Positions 36,713 through 46,638 of a stretch of 64,000 nucleotides of DNA are shown in pieces (within the stretch, counting starts at the first letter, position 1; each line of letters begins with the position of its first letter). Origin of the DNA: Candidatus Melainabacteria bacterium 17Bon1m (GTDB taxonomy: Bacteria; Cyanobacteriota; Vampirovibrionia; Obscuribacterales; Obscuribacteraceae); NCBI GenBank assembly GCA_032128875.1, contig JAVLKG010000002.1:512001-576000 (forward strand). The letters are read 5' to 3'. The notes beneath the pieces were generated by a model. That model saw only the letters and a program-made list of their open reading frames with translations. It did no database searches and was not told the DNA's origin. A program made the position numbers and the translations under genes.

Positions 36713-39049
36713 GTGGCGAAGCAAACAACCCAAGTCGAACAAGAGAATTATTGGCTGGAGGCAAGGAAGCGCCCGCAAGGTGCTGCACTTGCCTTTAGTG
36801 ATTCTGCGAACCTACCTTTTGAATGCACATACCACAAGTGCAGTATTGCCGGCGTTTCTGTTGTGAGAATAGATGCGTGGCCCGAGGGTGAGAAAGGAGT
36901 CAAAGGAGTACCTTTCTCTTTTGCTCTCGATATAGAGGCTGAAGAAGACGGCGGCACTGGTGGTTTTGACAGGTCCGATGAAACAGAGGAGATTTCTTTC
37001 TTCTCCTCAGGAGAAGCCGGAAGGCTTGATTGGCAGGACGGTGCGGAATCCGATTTGGAAGCAGTCTTTCCTTTTGGCTTGAAGTTTCAGCGCACAGCAA
37101 AGAGCCGCTTCAATTTTATTTTTGATCTGCCGGATGACACTCGTTGCTACGGGCTGGGAGAAAGACTTTCCGGTTTGAACCGCCGCGGTGCCGTGCATAC
37201 GCTCATAAATACAGATAATTCGAAGCATCTGCCGTCTATGGATGCTATGTACAAATCCTTGCCTCTGCTTTTTCTCTGGCACCAGGGACAGTGGCACGCC
37301 GCATTTTTAGATTCGCCGGCTTGTCAAAAGTGGGACCTTGATTCAAGTATGAGCGGTGAAGCTCTCATCACGCTACTTAGCCGTCGAGGTTGGCAGCTCT
37401 ACTTGTTTGGGCAAGCGCCCCTCAAAGATCTGGTAGCTGCGTATACGGTGTTGACGGGAAGGTCGAAATTACCCCCTCTTTGGGCTCTGGGACACCAGCA
37501 GTCCCGATGGAGTTATCCTGACGAGCAAACAGTGCGAGGCATCGCGCATGAGTTTCGCAGCCGATCGATTCCCTGCGATACGATCGTTCTTGATATTGAT
37601 TACATGGATGATTACCGGGTTTTCACAACCTCCGACGAGCGTTTTCCGAATATGAAAAAGCTCGTCAGCGATCTTGGACAGCAGAATTTCAAAGTCATAA
37701 CGATAGTTGATCCAGGGGTGAAGAAAGACTCTAAGTATTCCGTATTCAATGACGGAAAGAAGCAGGATTGTTTCGTCAAGAAGGCAGACGGAAAGATCTA
37801 TACCGGAAATGTTTGGCCCGGAGTTTCTGCCTTTCCTGATTTCCTGCGTCCTGAGGTCCGTCGATGGTGGGGTGCCCAGCACGGCTTCTATACTGACTTG
37901 GGAATCAAAGGCATTTGGACGGACATGAATGAGCCGGCCATTTTTGATGCTAATGAACCGCTCGACGGTATCACTGATGAATTGCCGGAAGATAAAGATC
38001 AGCTTTTCATGCAGATGTCGCCGGAAGGCGAGGTTGGGCATATGGAAGTGCGCAACCTGTACGGAATGCAGATGAGCCGTGCAACATGGCAGGCGCTGAA
38101 GGCACTTCGTCCAAAGGAGCGCCCTTTCGTTCTTACGCGTGCTGGCTATGCCGGTATGCAAAGATATTCCGCTGTTTGGTTGGGCGACAACAATTCCTGG
38201 TGGGAACACTTGCAGATGAGCATCCCGATGCTCGTAAGCGTAGGATTGTGCGGCGTTCCCTTTGCGGGCGTCGACATTGGTGGTTTCGCATTTGATACCA
38301 CCGGTGAATTGCTCGCACGCTGGTATTCAGCTGGACTCTTCTATCCGTTTTTCAGAAATCACTGTGCATTGAGCGGGCGTTTGCAAGAGCCATGGCACTT
38401 CGGTGAAAGAGTTGAGAAAGCAGTTAAGAAGTTTATCGAGTTTCATTACAGGCTTTTGCCCTATCTGCAGGGGCTATTTTTCGAGCACATGATCAACGGC
38501 TCGCCGATTATGCGTCCATTGGCATTTCATGCCGAGGATGATGAACACGCACTTGATATAGACGATCAGTTCTTTTTCGGAAAAGACATCTTGGTGGCGC
38601 CTATTGTGCATCGTGCTAAGCGGTCTCGTCCTGTGTATCTGCCTGCCGGTAATTGGTATCGTTTGGAAGGTGGGGCTGACGCCAAGCCGTATGCGGGAAA
38701 TCGAACATACGAGGTTGCTTTTGGTTTTGACGAAGTGCCGGCCTTTGTAAGAGAAGGAAGCATAATTCCTCTTGCAGATTTAAGAATGACTGCAGAAGAA
38801 ACCCGAACGGCACCTGTCACTTTCGTGGTTTTCGGCGAAAAGGCCGAAGGCAGTTATTTGGAAGAGGATGGTATCAGCTTTGATTATGAAGCTGGCCAGT
38901 TCAATCTTTTCCAAATGCAGTATCGCCAGGGGAAAATGGAGTGTCAGCCTCTATCCCTCGGCTACGGTATAAGTGGGCGCGAATTTTACTATTCGCTCAA
39001 GGATGTCAGCCCTGAGGCACAAAAGCACAAATTCGAGTTGTCCTACTGA
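36713..39049 (+). CDS. GH31 alpha-glucosidase
   Basis: YGLGE, LDIDYM, GIWTDMNEP (nucleophile), WLGDN, DIGGF, FFRNH. Confidence 0.93.
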   Translation: MAKQTTQVEQENYWLEARKRPQGAALAFSDSANLPFECTYHKCSIAGVSVVRIDAWPEGEKGVKGVPFSFALDIEAEEDGGTGGFDRSDETEEISFFSSGEAGRLDWQDGAESDLEAVFPFGLKFQRTAKSRFNFIFDLPDDTRCYGLGERLSGLNRRGAVHTLINTDNSKHLPSMDAMYKSLPLLFLWHQGQWHAAFLDSPACQKWDLDSSMSGEALITLLSRRGWQLYLFGQAPLKDLVAAYTVLTGRSKLPPLWALGHQQSRWSYPDEQTVRGIAHEFRSRSIPCDTIVLDIDYMDDYRVFTTSDERFPNMKKLVSDLGQQNFKVITIVDPGVKKDSKYSVFNDGKKQDCFVKKADGKIYTGNVWPGVSAFPDFLRPEVRRWWGAQHGFYTDLGIKGIWTDMNEPAIFDANEPLDGITDELPEDKDQLFMQMSPEGEVGHMEVRNLYGMQMSRATWQALKALRPKERPFVLTRAGYAGMQRYSAVWLGDNNSWWEHLQMSIPMLVSVGLCGVPFAGVDIGGFAFDTTGELLARWYSAGLFYPFFRNHCALSGRLQEPWHFGERVEKAVKKFIEFHYRLLPYLQGLFFEHMINGSPIMRPLAFHAEDDEHALDIDDQFFFGKDILVAPIVHRAKRSRPVYLPAGNWYRLEGGADAKPYAGNRTYEVAFGFDEVPAFVREGSIIPLADLRMTAEETRTAPVTFVVFGEKAEGSYLEEDGISFDYEAGQFNLFQMQYRQGKMECQPLSLGYGISGREFYYSLKDVSPEAQKHKFELSY

Positions 39050-39143
39050 GCCTACTTTTGAGGGCTTTCAAGGGCATTGTTAAGAGCCCTTAACAAGCCA
39101 AGAGCCAAAATAGGTTAGACTTTGCGCGTCCCTCGCTACGCAC

Positions 39144-40796
39144 TTGCGCAAGAAAAACACTATGAATTCGTGGAACGCAACTTCAGCTTCTTCAAAGCTG
39201 CCAATGTCCCAGGGCGACTATAAAAATGTGGCTGAAATTCTTGCTTGGCAGGCTGAAGCTCAACCGCAAAAGGTAGCCGTTCGCTACCAGGGCACCAGTT
39301 ATTCGTATGGACGAATTTATGCGACCAGTCTCGATATAGTCTCTGCGCTTTTCAGAGTCGGTGTCGTATCCGCAGACAAAGTTGGGGTCATTTTCCCCAA
39401 TCACCCCGACTTCATCGCAGCCTTCTTCGCTGTAAGTTCTCTCGGTGGAACGGTTGTTCCAATTAACCCGCTTTTGAAAGCCGAAGAGATCAAACACATT
39501 CTTTCCGACTCCCAAGCAAAAGTGCTTATCGTGCACGAATCGACTGCGGGTGAGGTTGCCGATGCGGTTGAAAATTTACCGAATCTCGAGCATGTTTTTG
39601 TTCTTACCTACGGTGATAAGGGCGGTTACACTGCCGTTGAGCTGAGTGAGAAAGCTGCTGCTCGCGTCAAAATGACTCAGCTGTGCATGTCTTACGTTTC
39701 AGAATCAGCAAGCTGTTCGAGCTTTTTCGGCAAGATAGCGAAAGTCGATCCTGAAGTGGATCTGGCTGTTTTGGTCTATACATCCGGTACTACCGGCAAG
39801 CCCAAAGGGGCAATGCTTACCCACAAAAACTTGCTCGGGGCAGTTACGGCTGCTCATGCGGCTTTTCCAGTAAACTCCGAAGATCGTTTGCTTGGTGCCT
39901 TGCCTTTGTGCCACATATACGGATTGACTGTGGTGATGCTTGGGACGATGCATAAGGGCGGCTCGCTTGCCTTGATCGAGAAATTTGATGTCGTTCCCGC
40001 GCTTAAGACGATCGAAGAAGAGCGAGTAACGGTTCTACCCGCGGTGCCAACCATGTATCAATACATGATTATGCATCTGGAAAAACAGACCTTCGATCTC
40101 TCTTCTTTGAGACTTTGCCTTGCAGGCGGCGCGCCGCTGTCCAAGACTGTTTTCGATTCCCTCTCTCGTTTTGTGAAAGCACCACTTGTTGAAGGATACG
40201 GACTTACTGAAGTCAGTTGCGTGGCAACTCTGAATCCTGTGGATGGTGTCAACGTCCACGGATCTGTTGGACCCGCAATTCCGACAGTGTCCATCGGAAT
40301 CTTTGACAAAGATGGAAAAGAGTTGCCGCCCGGCATTGAGAATGTCGGTGAGATCGCAATCAAAGGTCCCAATGTAATGCGCGGCTACTACGGAGCGCCT
40401 GAGAAGTCCGCCGAAGTATTGAAGGACGGCTGGTTTTTCACCGGTGACCTTGGTTATCTGGATGAGAATAAGTATCTGTGGATTGTCGGTCGCGCTAAGG
40501 AATTGATTATCCGCGGCGGGCAAAACATCTACCCGCGCGAAGTAGAGAGCGTTATCGCAAAATTGAAAGGCGTCGTAGATGTGGCTGTAATTGGTGTTCC
40601 TGAGCCAATCATGGGTGAGCGAGTCAAAGCAGTAGTCGTACTCGATAAGGACGCTGAAGTCACTGAAGAGCAAGTGAAAGAGTTTTGCCAAAAACGTTTG
40701 GCAGACTACAAAGTTCCGCGCGTTGTCGAGTTCATCGACAAGATGCCTCGTAATTCGACAGGCAAGATTTTGAAGTCGCAGCTGGTAAAGAAGTAA
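39144..40796 (+). CDS. Long-chain fatty acid-CoA ligase (AMP-binding)
   Basis: YTSGTTGKPKG, EGYGLTE, TGDLG, RGGQNIYPRE, PRNSTGKILK; start may be 39162 or 39204. Confidence 0.92.
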   Translation: MRKKNTMNSWNATSASSKLPMSQGDYKNVAEILAWQAEAQPQKVAVRYQGTSYSYGRIYATSLDIVSALFRVGVVSADKVGVIFPNHPDFIAAFFAVSSLGGTVVPINPLLKAEEIKHILSDSQAKVLIVHESTAGEVADAVENLPNLEHVFVLTYGDKGGYTAVELSEKAAARVKMTQLCMSYVSESASCSSFFGKIAKVDPEVDLAVLVYTSGTTGKPKGAMLTHKNLLGAVTAAHAAFPVNSEDRLLGALPLCHIYGLTVVMLGTMHKGGSLALIEKFDVVPALKTIEEERVTVLPAVPTMYQYMIMHLEKQTFDLSSLRLCLAGGAPLSKTVFDSLSRFVKAPLVEGYGLTEVSCVATLNPVDGVNVHGSVGPAIPTVSIGIFDKDGKELPPGIENVGEIAIKGPNVMRGYYGAPEKSAEVLKDGWFFTGDLGYLDENKYLWIVGRAKELIIRGGQNIYPREVESVIAKLKGVVDVAVIGVPEPIMGERVKAVVVLDKDAEVTEEQVKEFCQKRLADYKVPRVVEFIDKMPRNSTGKILKSQLVKK

Positions 40797-41191
40797 AACT
40801 CAGCCCTGTTTTAGCGAAAAATCACTCGATTGAGTGAGAGTCACACTTTAGTGTGATCTTGGCTTCTTGTTTGTCTGGAAAGGCTCAGCTGGCCATTTGT
40901 TCGGGACTCTTGCGCCGATGAGTGTCAGGAAATTGGCAATAAAGAGACTTGTCTGTCTTTGATAAAATAGGATTTAGCTTGTAGAAGCTATTGGTTCTCA
41001 AAAACGGCCTCCCGTCAGACCTGCTCTGCATTTTTGATATTTCGTGGACAAAGTTTTGCCCACAGGAGTCCATTTGTCGCACAGGGGTGGTTATTCTACC
41101 TGTCACTTCCGCAGTGTTTCAATTTTTTATGCCGGGTAACTATACTTACACGGAGTAGTTGCTCTGCTTTTTACATAGGAGTCCAAGCGCC

Positions 41192-41884
41192 ATGCAATCG
41201 CCGATCAGGCAAGACACCGTAAGCGTCTTCATCGCAGAAGACCATGAGATAACGCGCGTCGGGTTGCGATTGACGCTTGAGCAGATATCGGGATTCAAGG
41301 TCGTTGGAGAAGCCAATGATGGGCGCGTAGCCGTAGACAACGTAGTCAGCGTAAAACCTGACGTCGTGCTGATGGATATCGGTCTTCCCACAATGGACGG
41401 CATCGAGGCCACGAAGAAGGTAAAAGAACTGGCGCCTGACAGCAAAGTGATTATGCTCACCTCGCACGATAGTGACCGCGACGTTTTTGCGGCATTGGCG
41501 GCTGGTGCAGATGGCTATTGTTTGAAGGAAGTATCCGGCAATCAGCTGGCGATGGCCATTAGGTGTGTTGCGGATGGCGCTGCTTGGCTCGATCCCGGAG
41601 TCGCAAGCCGGGTGCTGAAAGCCTGTGCCGTGGGCGGAAACGTTCCTCAGGCGGCGGTAAGCATGTCGCAAAAACCTCAATCAAATGGCCAGCAAACTTT
41701 GTCTCAAAGAGAGTTGGACGTGTTGAAACTGGTTGTAGATGGACTGAGCAACCAGGAAATCGCCGACAAGCTAGTCGTAAGCGTGGAGACCGTAAAAACT
41801 CACATGCGACACATTATGGAAAAAATGGCTGTTTCAGATCGAACACAAGCCGCTGTAAAAGCCATGCGCGAAGGCTTGGTTTAA
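41192..41884 (+). CDS. NarL/LuxR-family response regulator
   Basis: AEDH, LMDIG, GYCLK; HTH LSQRELDVL..GLSNQEIA..ETVKTH; AGGAG RBS before ATG 41192. Confidence 0.93.
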   Translation: MQSPIRQDTVSVFIAEDHEITRVGLRLTLEQISGFKVVGEANDGRVAVDNVVSVKPDVVLMDIGLPTMDGIEATKKVKELAPDSKVIMLTSHDSDRDVFAALAAGADGYCLKEVSGNQLAMAIRCVADGAAWLDPGVASRVLKACAVGGNVPQAAVSMSQKPQSNGQQTLSQRELDVLKLVVDGLSNQEIADKLVVSVETVKTHMRHIMEKMAVSDRTQAAVKAMREGLV

Positions 41885-41939
41885 ACACAGCAACGCCCTG
41901 TTTTTCCTTTATGCGCCTGAACGTTTGTCTGTTTCTTAC

Positions 41940-42794
41940 TTAATGAGTGTGCATTTCTCTTGCCATTTGCTGCAGGCGGAAAATGCGCTCTTGTGTGGGC
42001 GGGTGTGTAGACATTAAGTTGAACAGCCAATTTTGTGGAAAAGGATTGGCAATATACAGGGATGAATAAGCTGGATTACTATCAGTCATCGGTCTGACTT
42101 GCGCACCACGTTCGATTTTCGCCAGCGCATCCGCCAATTCAAGGGGCTTGCCGCACATCTCGGCACCAGTCGCATCAGCTTCATACTCACGAGATCTGGA
42201 GATTGCCAAATTTATGAGTGTTGCAGCAATCGGTGCAAAGATTGCTGCGACAAGCATGACTATCGGATTCGGACCGTCATCGTCTCTCGAACCTACAAAG
42301 TAAATTCCATTTTGCGCAACCATTGTGACCACGCCGGCAAGCACCGCAGCGATTGTAGTGAGAAGTACATCTCGGTTTTTTACGTGACCCAACTCGTGAG
42401 CCAGTACGCCTTCCAATTCGCTTTCGGAAAGCATTTTGAGAATTCCTGCGGTGACAGCGACAGCAGAGTGTTCTGGGTCGCGCCCAGTGGCGAAGGCGTT
42501 AGGTGAATCTGTAGGAATCAAATATATAGGGGGCACTGGTATTCCCGCTTTGGCTGCCAACCTTTCAATGATCTCGTAGAGCACTGGCGCTTGCTCTCTG
42601 GCGATCGGCTGTGCTCCGTGGGCTGCCAATGCAATTTTGTCGGAAAACCAATAGCTGCCGACATTCATTACGCAGGCGAAAACAAAGGCAATCATCATGC
42701 CGGATTTGCCGCCAAATATACCGCCCACTAGCACAATCAAAGCGGTGAGAACGCCCATGAAAACTAAGGTCTTCAGTGTATTGACGAAATGCAT
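41940..42794 (-). CDS. htpX: HtpX zinc metalloprotease
   Basis: PNAFATG, LAHELGH, SRSREYEAD, STHPP. Confidence 0.95.
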   Translation of the reverse strand: MHFVNTLKTLVFMGVLTALIVLVGGIFGGKSGMMIAFVFACVMNVGSYWFSDKIALAAHGAQPIAREQAPVLYEIIERLAAKAGIPVPPIYLIPTDSPNAFATGRDPEHSAVAVTAGILKMLSESELEGVLAHELGHVKNRDVLLTTIAAVLAGVVTMVAQNGIYFVGSRDDDGPNPIVMLVAAIFAPIAATLINLAISRSREYEADATGAEMCGKPLELADALAKIERGAQVRPMTDSNPAYSSLYIANPFPQNWLFNLMSTHPPTQERIFRLQQMAREMHTH

Positions 42795-42950
42795 AATCGG
42801 TTACCTATTGCCCCTAGGTGAGTAGCCACATAACTACATTCACTTTATGCAGCAGAAAAGTAAAATTCCCCGTTGATAGCGATTTCTTAAACATCTTGCA
42901 CCCTGGCGCTCTATAATCGTCAACCTGTCGAAAGACTTGTTGCAGAAGGA

Positions 42951-44348
42951 ATGAAGATGGCTGAAACACGCAAAGAAAGAGACTCGATGGGCGAGATGGA
43001 AGTTCCTGCCGATGCCTATTACGGAGCGAGCACTCAGCGAGCCGTAATCAACTTCCCAATTAGTGACCTTCGATTTTCAAGAACGTTTGTCAGGGCTCTT
43101 GGCCTGATAAAGAGATTTGCTGCAGAAGCCAATCTTGAGTTTGGTGACCTGGCAGAAAAGAACGCACAAGCGATCTCAAAAGCGGCACAAGAGGTTGCCG
43201 ACGGTCAGTTCGACACACATTTTGTCGTCGATGTTTTTCAAACGGGCTCCGGCACTTCGACAAATATGAATGCAAATGAAGTAATTGCCAATCGTGCCAT
43301 GGAAATTTTGGGCGGTAAGCTCGGAGACCGCCATCTCGTCCATCCTAATGATCACGTCAACTTTGGTATGTCTTCTAATGATTGCATTCCTACTGCAATT
43401 CATATCGCCGCCTTGATCGATATCAAAGAGAGCCTGAGACCCGCACTAGAAGAGTTGAATGCATCACTCAAGAAAAAATCTGATGAGTTCATGCCAGTAA
43501 TCAAAACCGGCCGAACCCACTTGCAAGACGCAACACCGATTCGGCTAGGACAGGAGTTTCTCGGATATGCAGGGCAAGTAGAACGCGCACTTGAGCGCCT
43601 TGATTACTCTGTTTCCAGACTATCCGAAGTTGCACTTGGTGGTACTGCTGTTGGTACCGGAATCAACAGCCGTCCCGAGTTTCCTTCAAAAGTGTTGGGC
43701 AAAATTTCAAAGGTTATTGGGATTGAACTTAAGGAATCAGACAATCATTTCCAAGCTCAAAGCACCATTGATGAAGTCGTTGACTGTTCTGGGCAGCTGA
43801 AGACGATTGCAGTAAGTTTGCTCAAAATTGCAAACGATATTCGCTGGCTCGGATGTGGTCCACGAGGGGGAATTGGCGAGATTGCATTGCCCGAGGTTCA
43901 ACCGGGTTCGTCCATTATGCCGGGTAAGGTCAATCCTGTAATCGCGGAATCTCTGACAATGGTTTGTGCGCAAGTAATTGGAAATGATGCCACCATTGCA
44001 GTCGCCGGAGCTTCTGGAAATTTCGAGTTGAACGTGATGATGCCGGTGGCTGCGTACAACTTATTACAGTCGATAAATCTGTTGGCGACAGCATCCTCGA
44101 ATTTCAGCAGACAATGCATAGATGGATTAACAGCAACAGACAAGGGTCCTCACTTTGTTGAGCAAGGCTTGGCATTGTGTACGGCACTTGTTCCTGCAAT
44201 TGGATATGATGCGTCTGCAAACATATCCAAGATAGCGTTTAAGACTGGAAAAACGGTACGAGAAGTAGCGCTTCAGGAGACTAAGCTCTCGAAGGAAGAA
44301 CTTGATGCACTACTTGATCCATTTAAAATGACGGCACCTGGATTGTGA
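42951..44348 (+). CDS. fumC: Class II fumarate hydratase
   Basis: FQTGSGTSTNMN, GRTHLQDATP, GSSIMPGKVNP. Confidence 0.95.
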   Translation: MKMAETRKERDSMGEMEVPADAYYGASTQRAVINFPISDLRFSRTFVRALGLIKRFAAEANLEFGDLAEKNAQAISKAAQEVADGQFDTHFVVDVFQTGSGTSTNMNANEVIANRAMEILGGKLGDRHLVHPNDHVNFGMSSNDCIPTAIHIAALIDIKESLRPALEELNASLKKKSDEFMPVIKTGRTHLQDATPIRLGQEFLGYAGQVERALERLDYSVSRLSEVALGGTAVGTGINSRPEFPSKVLGKISKVIGIELKESDNHFQAQSTIDEVVDCSGQLKTIAVSLLKIANDIRWLGCGPRGGIGEIALPEVQPGSSIMPGKVNPVIAESLTMVCAQVIGNDATIAVAGASGNFELNVMMPVAAYNLLQSINLLATASSNFSRQCIDGLTATDKGPHFVEQGLALCTALVPAIGYDASANISKIAFKTGKTVREVALQETKLSKEELDALLDPFKMTAPGL

Positions 44349-44370
44349 TGAACTTGGAGGAACTGCTTCT

Positions 44371-45054
44371 ATGAATCTGAGATATGTGATTGCATTGTCC
44401 TTTTCGCTTGCCTTTACATTTTCCCTTGCTTCTTCACTTCCCGCCTTCTCACAATCAACACCGGCGTCTCCGGCTGCGGCTGCTATTGATCCGGCTAAGC
44501 TCACCTTGCCAGACCCGGCAGAGTGTTTAAGGCGTGTTCGCGGATTCGAACCTACATTGCTCAACTTGAAGCAAACTTGCAAAGGAACGATCAATGCAAT
44601 TATTCCTGACGCTGCCGCCTATGAGAAAACGTTGCCTCCGATTGATAAAGTCATCGCCGACAAAGACGCTAAGAACCTCAGGAATTACGGCGGTTTGAGC
44701 GAAGCGTTTTTCTACAACGACAACGCTGAAAAAGGAAAAGAGCTGTTTTCTAAATTCGAAGCAAATGCCGAAAGCATATTAGGCGCTGAGGACACTTTTC
44801 TTGGACTCGTAAAAGGTGACATCGGCCTCTACTATTATTTTCAAAACGATTTTGCCAATGCAGAAACGTACATACTAGACGCTGTATCGAAGCTAGAACC
44901 GCATTTAAATGCAGCTAACTCAAACAATGTTTTGAGCTCATACATGGCATTGTGCTTGATTTACGACAAGGCTGGAAAACAAGATAAAGCACTTGCGTAT
45001 GCAACCAAAGCTGTTGATCTTTCAATAAAGCAAAGACAAGCACCAGTAAAGTAA
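44371..45054 (+). CDS. Secreted TPR-like protein
   Basis: Signal peptide, GGAGG RBS, C-terminal TPR-like helices. Confidence 0.7.
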   Translation: MNLRYVIALSFSLAFTFSLASSLPAFSQSTPASPAAAAIDPAKLTLPDPAECLRRVRGFEPTLLNLKQTCKGTINAIIPDAAAYEKTLPPIDKVIADKDAKNLRNYGGLSEAFFYNDNAEKGKELFSKFEANAESILGAEDTFLGLVKGDIGLYYYFQNDFANAETYILDAVSKLEPHLNAANSNNVLSSYMALCLIYDKAGKQDKALAYATKAVDLSIKQRQAPVK

Positions 45055-45292
45055 CAGAATAAGTTGAGCGTGCTGTGCTTATCGGCGATTGCTCAATAGC
45101 ATGACACTGATTTACGACAGTTGCGGCCAAAGAGAAGATGCTAGTTTGACTACTAAATGCAGATGAGTACTGTGTTTATGGCTCATGCACCAGCAATTTG
45201 TACGTTCCTAACGAATTAACCTCCGATTTATTCATTTGCGACTAAGATATGCGGATGTTGTAAATGCGTCACATACGCGCGAGGATTTTTCT

Positions 45293-46543
45293 ATGACTAC
45301 TTTTAGAGAGGCAGCGGATGCCGGGTATCTCAAGTTGGTCGCACTTTGGGACAAGGGTAAAGCGTTTAACCCTCCCACGGAGGGTGGTGGCGGACGCTTT
45401 TGGATGGCAGGCAATACCGTTCAAGTAGCAGTCGACTATCTTGTACAAACGCAGCAAAGCGACAAACTCGGCTATATGTCTGACGCGATTTCATTCTTTG
45501 AAACTTGGGTGAAGGGTAACGATCCAGATCCGAAGAATTGGAAGAACAACGGAACTTGGATCGACGATTACGGATGGTGGGGTATCGCTCTCATCAAAGC
45601 GTATGAATTCTCTGGCGTTTTAGGTTATGACAACGATCCTGTTTTGAAAGGAAAGATCGAGAAACACGTGAAAGATTGCTGGACTGCAATGCATGCAGCT
45701 TGGGATCCAACGCGCGTTCCCAATGATGATCCAAGGATAAACATCGTTGGAGGCATCAACAACTCAATCCAGGGTGTAAGCGACAAAGTTAAGTTGGCTG
45801 GAAGAAACTGCGTCACTAATGAAGTTTATTGGCTCTTGAGTCTATTGATGGCAAGAGTAATGAACGATAAGAGCTATCTCGATCCAGCCACCGATGCATC
45901 TGCTTGGTTTACTGCTGCCATAAATGCCAACATTCTCAGCCGAGTGGACATGATCAATGGTCAAGAAGATTACACCAATTTGGTATTGGAGCGATTCAAA
46001 GGTGTGCCAAATTACACAGATCCCAAAGTAGATAACTTGGTCTGGACTGGAGATCAAGGACTCTTCATTGGCGCTAGCATTGAAAACGTTGCCCAAAATC
46101 GCTCGGATCAACCCGGATTGCTGGCGGCTTACAACATTGCCGATTCGGTGAAGCAACGCATGACGCTAAAAAATCAGGTGGTACACGAAGAACTGTTCAA
46201 GATTGCAGATTATCGAATGGATTATGCGGGCGGTAAGGGCGTATTCATGCGTAATCTGCAAGTGCTGAATGTCATCGACCATAAAGAGTCCAATGGACAA
46301 TACGATCCCATCATCAAAGCAAATGCTTCGGCTGTTTGGAATAATCGTCTACCAGATCAGAGATTCCGTTATTACTGGAATGCTGAGCTTCCAGAACCTG
46401 ATGTCGCTACTTGGAAATACAACAAGACAATTGTGGATGCGGTTCTGCATGCTTCAGGTCTGAGTGCGCTGACTGCAGCATTGCCTTGGTTTGCTGACCA
46501 GCAAATTCAGCCAGTTGCTGTGGCTGGTGCGGTAGGCGGCTAG
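45293..46543 (+). CDS. GH76-like glycoside hydrolase ((alpha/alpha)6 barrel)
   Basis: FWMAG, WIDDYGWWG (DD catalytic pair), NCVTNE, WTGDQG, KGVFMRNL; GAGG RBS before ATG 45293. Confidence 0.75.
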   Translation: MTTFREAADAGYLKLVALWDKGKAFNPPTEGGGGRFWMAGNTVQVAVDYLVQTQQSDKLGYMSDAISFFETWVKGNDPDPKNWKNNGTWIDDYGWWGIALIKAYEFSGVLGYDNDPVLKGKIEKHVKDCWTAMHAAWDPTRVPNDDPRINIVGGINNSIQGVSDKVKLAGRNCVTNEVYWLLSLLMARVMNDKSYLDPATDASAWFTAAINANILSRVDMINGQEDYTNLVLERFKGVPNYTDPKVDNLVWTGDQGLFIGASIENVAQNRSDQPGLLAAYNIADSVKQRMTLKNQVVHEELFKIADYRMDYAGGKGVFMRNLQVLNVIDHKESNGQYDPIIKANASAVWNNRLPDQRFRYYWNAELPEPDVATWKYNKTIVDAVLHASGLSALTAALPWFADQQIQPVAVAGAVGG

Positions 46544-46563
46544 CTAAATCAGATTGATAACAT

Positions 46564-46598
46564 GAGGATTGGTGGTTTCATCAATCCTCGTTGTTTTC
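46564..46598 (+). terminator. Terminator hairpin between convergent genes
   Basis: gaggattggtg-gttt-catcaatcctc followed by gttgtttt. Confidence 0.6.
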
Positions 46599-46638
46599 TG
46601 ATCTGTCTGAATTTATCGTCTGCCTGATTTGTGAGCAC

